Part shown: positions 60,902-62,193 of the stretch, piece after piece
How positions within the stretch are numbered: position 1 is the first letter of the stretch
Layout: every line of letters starts with the position of its first letter
Source of the DNA: Rhodospirillaceae bacterium
Lineage (GTDB): Bacteria; Pseudomonadota; Alphaproteobacteria; Thalassobaculales; Thalassobaculaceae
NCBI GenBank assembly: GCA_018699735.1
Contig: JABIRP010000348.1
Coordinates: 1 to 62,193 of the forward strand
Reading direction: 5' to 3'
Length of the DNA: 62,193 nucleotides
Notes under the pieces: generated by a model
What the model was told of the DNA's origin: nothing
What the model saw: the letters and a program-made list of their open reading frames with translations, nothing else
The model's database searches: none
Translations under genes and position numbers: made by a program

Positions 60902-62125
60902 TTAGGCTTGGAACTGGCGGAAGGCGAGAACCGCGTTGGTCCCGCCGAAGCCAAAGCTGTTCGATAGAGCCAAATTGATTTTGGCATCATCGATACGTTC
61001 CCGCGCGATCGGCAGGTCGCCGGCTTCGGGATCCAGGTTGTCGATGTTGGCCGAGGCGGCAACGAAGTTTTCCTTCATCATCAACAAGGTATAAATCGCC
61101 TCATGAACCCCGGTAGCACCCTGTGAGTGGCCGGTCAGGGATTTGGTCGAGCTGATTGCCGGCATCTGGTTGCGCTTGGAAAATACGGCGTTGATAGCCT
61201 CAAGCTCTCGCATGTCTCCGACCGGGGTGGAAGTGCCGTGGGTGTTGATATAATCGACCGGTTCCTCAATGCCGCTCAAGGCCGAGCGCATGCATCTGAC
61301 TGCTCCTTCGCCTGAGGGCTGAACCATATCGACGCCGTCCGAGCTGGCCCCGTAGCCCACAAGTTCGGCGTAGATCTTGGCGCCACGTGCCTTTGCGTGC
61401 TCAAGTTCTTCCATCACGAGAACGCCGCCGCCACCGGAAATCACGAACCCATCTCGGTCGACATCGTAGGCCCGAGACGCGCGGGTGGGCGTGTCATTGT
61501 ATTTCGAAGAAAGCGCGCCCATCGCATCGAACAGAACCGATAAGGTCCAATGCAATTCTTCGCCACCGCCGGCGAATACGACGTCCTGTTTTCCGAGCTG
61601 GATCGCTTCCGACGCATTGCCGATGCAGTGTGCGCTGGTAGAGCAAGCAGAGCTGATGGAGTAGTTGTGGCCCTTGATCTCGAAGAATGTCGAAAGGCAA
61701 GCCGAGTTGGTGCTCGACATGACGCGCGGCACCATGTACGGCCCGACCCGTTTCGGGCTTTTCTCGCGTGCGGTATCGAATGCCGCCATCATGTTGCTTG
61801 TTGATGGACCGCCGGACCCCATGATCAGCCCGGTGCGCTCATTGCTTACTTCGCCTGGCTCCAAACCGGAATCCGCGACCGCTTGTTCCATGGCGATATA
61901 GTTGTAGGCGGCGCCGTTGCCCATAAACCGGAGCATCTTGCGGTCAATACGTTCGGCCGGATCAATTTTCAGCGTTCCATGTACATGACTGCGAAACCCC
62001 ATCTCCTTATATTCTTCTGCCGCAACGATCCCGGATGTGCCGTCACGGAGCGATCGGGTAACTTCCTCGGTGTTGTTTCCGATCGAGGATACGATCCCCA
62101 TTCCAGTGATGACGACACGGCGCAT
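60902..62125 (-). CDS. fabB: 3-oxoacyl-[ACP] synthase I (KAS I)
   Basis: [18 protein letters not shown], active-site [26 protein letters not shown]. Lies directly downstream of fabA. Confidence 0.92.
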   Translation of the reverse strand: MRRVVITGMGIVSSIGNNTEEVTRSLRDGTSGIVAAEEYKEMGFRSHVHGTLKIDPAERIDRKMLRFMGNGAAYNYIAMEQAVADSGLEPGEVSNERTGLIMGSGGPSTSNMMAAFDTAREKSPKRVGPYMVPRVMSSTNSACLSTFFEIKGHNYSISSACSTSAHCIGNASEAIQLGKQDVVFAGGGEELHWTLSVLFDAMGALSSKYNDTPTRASRAYDVDRDGFVISGGGGVLVMEELEHAKARGAKIYAELVGYGASSDGVDMVQPSGEGAVRCMRSALSGIEEPVDYINTHGTSTPVGDMRELEAINAVFSKRNQMPAISSTKSLTGHSQGATGVHEAIYTLLMMKENFVAASANIDNLDPEAGDLPIARERIDDAKINLALSNSFGFGGTNAVLAFRQFQA

Positions 62126-62193
62126 CAGTTTGCTCCTTGAGTGGCGGGGTCTTTTTGGAATAGCCCGACCCGAATATCCTTGGCTTGGAAGAC
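62125..62193 (-). CDS. fabA: 3-hydroxydecanoyl-ACP dehydratase/isomerase FabA, C-terminal fragment (5' end outside the window)
   Basis: The minus strand from 62193 reads [22 protein letters not shown] then TGA (62127-62125), which overlaps the fab[14 protein letters not shown] resembles the E. coli FabA C-terminus (DLKVGLFQ). Confidence 0.7.
   Translation of the reverse strand, partial: VFQAKDIRVGLFQKDPATQGAN

Overview
This 62.2-kb, high-GC stretch (roughly 60% by eye) reads as conserved core chromosome of an alphaproteobacterium. That assignment is inferred from protein motifs and gene order; no search was run. I can support about 57 protein-coding genes, a few terminators, one heat-shock promoter candidate and a set of small repeats. 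By eye I found no rRNA, tRNA, CRISPR array, transposase, integrase or phage gene.

Gene blocks from left to right:
- grpE (3' end) / DUF1848 (antisense) / dnaK-dnaJ
- padR-like; dapB; DUF2244; nth
- lipoprotein, bactofilin, EI24/CysZ-like protein
- adenosine kinase; ampG-macrodomain
- phoB-pstB-pstA-pstS::pstC-phoR (minus strand)
- maeB; mutS; YafY/WYL regulator; FAD oxidoreductase
- glnD-murJ-trpS-GT4; class III cyclase; nfu; Bax-like glucosaminidase; polysaccharide deacetylase
- tsaB-rimI-olsB-olsA; miaB-ybeZ-ybeY-corC-lnt; XRE regulator; metK-trmB
- rimP-nusA-ylxR-infB-rbfA-truB-rpsO-pnp
- ugpQ; RHH_4 protein; fabI-fabB-fabA (3' end)

The supplied ORF track prints M for GTG/TTG starts, and several listed ORFs are over-extended. 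I re-anchored starts where conserved N-termini, ATGA/GTGA start-stop overlaps or SD sequences allowed.

This is an ordinary housekeeping region, and I do not see a convincing new multi-gene system such as a defence island or mobile element. The items most worth a second look are:
1. pstS and pstC are encoded as one uninterrupted ORF, in a pst-pho locus without phoU.
2. There is an unusual density of perfect or near-perfect short head-to-tail duplications (11-23 bp). Several are in frame inside housekeeping genes (rimI, tsaB, lnt), and two duplicate a stop codon (mutS, rpsO).
3. There is a nested-palindrome REP/MITE-like element and a paired hairpin repeat.
4. The YafY-like regulator has a 2-nt frame discontinuity at its 5' end.
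5. A DUF1848 protein with a CX3CX2C motif sits antisense between grpE and dnaK.
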